DNA of 63,615 nucleotides, filler included, from an uncultured Chlamydiae bacterium (lineage in GTDB: Bacteria; Chlamydiota; Chlamydiia; Chlamydiales; SM23-39): the NCBI GenBank assembly GCA_937899275.1. It is 10 parts of 10 records of this genome, joined end to end, with 100 filler letters (N's around TTAATTAATTAA, not from the genome) between each part and the next. Parts side by side here need not be neighbours in the genome. Positions count along the whole stretch, not along the records: positions 54,619 to 63,615 come from CALBPE010000028.1; 9 more parts are not named here. One strand, written 5' to 3'. Position 1 is the first letter of the stretch. Every line of letters begins with the position of its first letter. The notes under the pieces were generated by a model. That model was not told where the DNA came from, did not search any database, and was given only the letters and a program-made list of their open reading frames with translations. The translations under genes were made by a program, and so were the position numbers. Positions 63,560 to 63,615 of the stretch are shown piece by piece.

Positions 63560-63615
63560 TATACCTGTGTTGAGCTGATTTCTAGTCCACAGAGCTCTTC
63601 TGTAATCCGCTTAAC
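63560..63615 (-). mobile_element. IS256-family transposase fragment at the window end
   Basis: Reads VKRITEELCGLEISSTQV (IS256 STRKV..ITE.LCG..IS.TQVS motif), then joins the repeat abruptly. Confidence 0.7.

Overview
This window is not one continuous locus. It is 10 short contigs joined by artificial 100-nt linkers (N-run, TTAATTAATTAA, N-run), so gene neighbourhoods only hold within a contig. Gene content and order point to an environmental member of the phylum Chlamydiota: rpsL-rpsG-fusA-rpsJ with no tuf, divergent tsp, yebC-GNAT-prfB...SWIB-ispD-truA, a CtcB/CtcC-type two-component system, an NTT nucleotide transporter, a UGP3-like uridylyltransferase and an Lpg1974-type porin. Core genes alternate with lineage-specific, effector-like genes: a tandem ankyrin-like pair, a pseudokinase-like ORF, low-complexity repeat proteins, and a three-member family with an F-box-like N-terminus that carries a duplicated ~250-bp upstream element bordered by IS remnants. 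Main oddities: (1) 13 in-frame premature stops (11 TAA), including one in obgE, each explainable by a single A:T->T:A change, most likely consensus errors but recoding should be excluded; (2) a LysR gene and an NTT gene pointing away from each other, separated by an AAA-ATPase gene that is flanked by a 38-bp duplicated LysR-type operator; (3) an SAH-hydrolase-like gene paired with a membrane protein and an MFS transporter; (4) an NHLP-type TolC/HlyD export module next to the ankyrin-like paralogs. One tRNA-Leu(CAA); no rRNA or CRISPR array seen. All family assignments come from motif recognition by eye; no database search was run.
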